From assembly GCA_028696635.1 (NCBI GenBank), contig JAQVGR010000001.1, positions 1 through 25,786 of the forward strand: 25,786 nucleotides of DNA. Direction: 5' to 3'. The notes under the pieces are model-generated. The model saw nothing but the letters and a program-made list of their open reading frames with translations. It ran no database searches and was not told the origin of the DNA. Position numbers and translations under genes: made by a program. The stretch is from Candidatus Krumholzibacteriia bacterium (GTDB taxonomy: Bacteria > Krumholzibacteriota > Krumholzibacteriia > Krumholzibacteriales > Krumholzibacteriaceae). Below are positions 25,045-25,786 of this stretch, one piece after another. The stretch's first letter is position 1; each line of letters begins with the position of its first letter.

Positions 25045-25389
25045 TCAGTTCACGATCTTGCTCTTCAGATGCTCTATCAGCGCGCTCTTGATCAGCTCCA
25101 GAGCGTCTTCCTCCGCGTCTTCGTAGTCCACCAGCCCGCTGACCGAATAATCGGTCAACAGACGGTTCTTTTCAAGATGTTCGATGACGGACCGCTTGTC
25201 GCCTTCGGTCACGTCGGGCTTCTCATCGCTCGCGAAGACGAGGCTCTGCCAGCTCCACGGCCTGAGGACGCCTCCGTTGGAGGTGCATCCGATCCTCGTC
25301 AGATGATCGAGGTATTCGTCGATGACCCTGTTGTTCTCATCGACGCTCAGCCCGTCGATGGTCTTGAACGAGACCCAGAACGCCTTCAT
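25045..25389 (-). CDS. Hypothetical protein, YggL/DUF469-like
   Basis: SD AAAGGAG; pattern F.V.F...G.S.D....VID.Y...GG...W..L...VTE....V...LE...V..L.D resembles the YggL core as recalled; not verified. Confidence 0.6.
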   Translation of the reverse strand: MKAFWVSFKTIDGLSVDENNRVIDEYLDHLTRIGCTSNGGVLRPWSWQSLVFASDEKPDVTEGDKRSVIEHLEKNRLLTDYSVSGLVDYEDAEEDALELIKSALIEHLKSKIVN

Positions 25390-25466
25390 CTCACGCTCCT
25401 TTCGTTCCGGTGAAATGCCGGGGACCGGCGGCGCGACGGCCGCCGGCCCCCTTCCCTCCGGCGCCG

Positions 25467-25786
25467 CTAGTCGAGATAGGCGAGATTGGAGGTCGTGATC
25501 TCAGCGTTGATCATCACCCGGTGCCATCCCTCGAGACGGATCGTCGCGTGGTCGGCGTGCCTGACCGAGCCGCGCGCGTACATCTCCGGGTTCCTCATGC
25601 GCGTTCCCCGCACGTACGAGCGCATCCGGGGATTGAACTTGACGGCACGGTTGAAATCTTCCTGGTTGTATGCCCGGGTGCCGATCAGATACACCAGCTC
25701 CCCGCCGAGACGCACCAGCTCCTCGCAGACGTGCGGCTTGCTCTGCGGCGTTCGCTGGAGCGGCTCTCCCCTGTGGATGACCGCCG
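25467..25786 (-). CDS. C-terminal part of a hypothetical protein (runs off window end)
   Basis: Frame stays open to the edge: AVIHRGEPLQRTPQSKPHVCEELVRLGGELVY...ARGSVRHADHATIRLEGWHRVMINAE...LAYLD-stop. Confidence 0.75.
   Translation of the reverse strand, partial: AVIHRGEPLQRTPQSKPHVCEELVRLGGELVYLIGTRAYNQEDFNRAVKFNPRMRSYVRGTRMRNPEMYARGSVRHADHATIRLEGWHRVMINAEITTSNLAYLD

Noticed and set aside
25408-25452. GC hairpin CCGGCGGC/GCCGCCGG between the last two genes as a terminator
   Set aside because: No U-tract on the coding strand; may only be a stabilising or chance hairpin.

Overview
GC-rich (about 65-70% by eye) chromosomal window from a diderm, LPS-making bacterium. The split hldE and lpxL-like genes and the outer-membrane beta-barrel support this; gene order and style resemble FCB-related candidate phyla such as Krumholzibacteriota/Latescibacterota, which is an unverified inference. 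Most of it is housekeeping: a 17-gene co-directional minus-strand run from 15454 to 1703 (hldE kinase, hldE adenylyltransferase, ArcE/COG2403-type P-loop enzyme, sucC, sucD, ndk, yceD, rpmF, plsX, fabH, fabD, fabG, acpP, fabF, rnc, Cys-rich hypothetical, btuF-like), flanked at left by a FadL-like porin and a partial secreted protein. The right third holds a small conserved hypothetical, a BACON plus triple-repeat lipoprotein, DUF3467, lpxL-like, DUF362-ferredoxin, dprA, a BlaI plus M56 peptidase pair, mnmA, a YggL-like protein and a partial hypothetical. Best leads: (1) a BlaI/BlaR-type system whose sensor is a coiled coil plus TPR instead of a penicillin-binding domain, with three visible copies of an ATG-N2-AAATNTTT-N2-CAT operator; (2) an arginine-synthetase (ArcE)-like gene directly upstream of sucCD-ndk; (3) a lipoprotein with three tandem acidic DxDGDG repeats with invariant Cys spacing; (4) leaderless-mRNA promoter geometry. 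No tRNA, rRNA, CRISPR array or mobile element was recognised. All family calls are by motif recognition without database searches.
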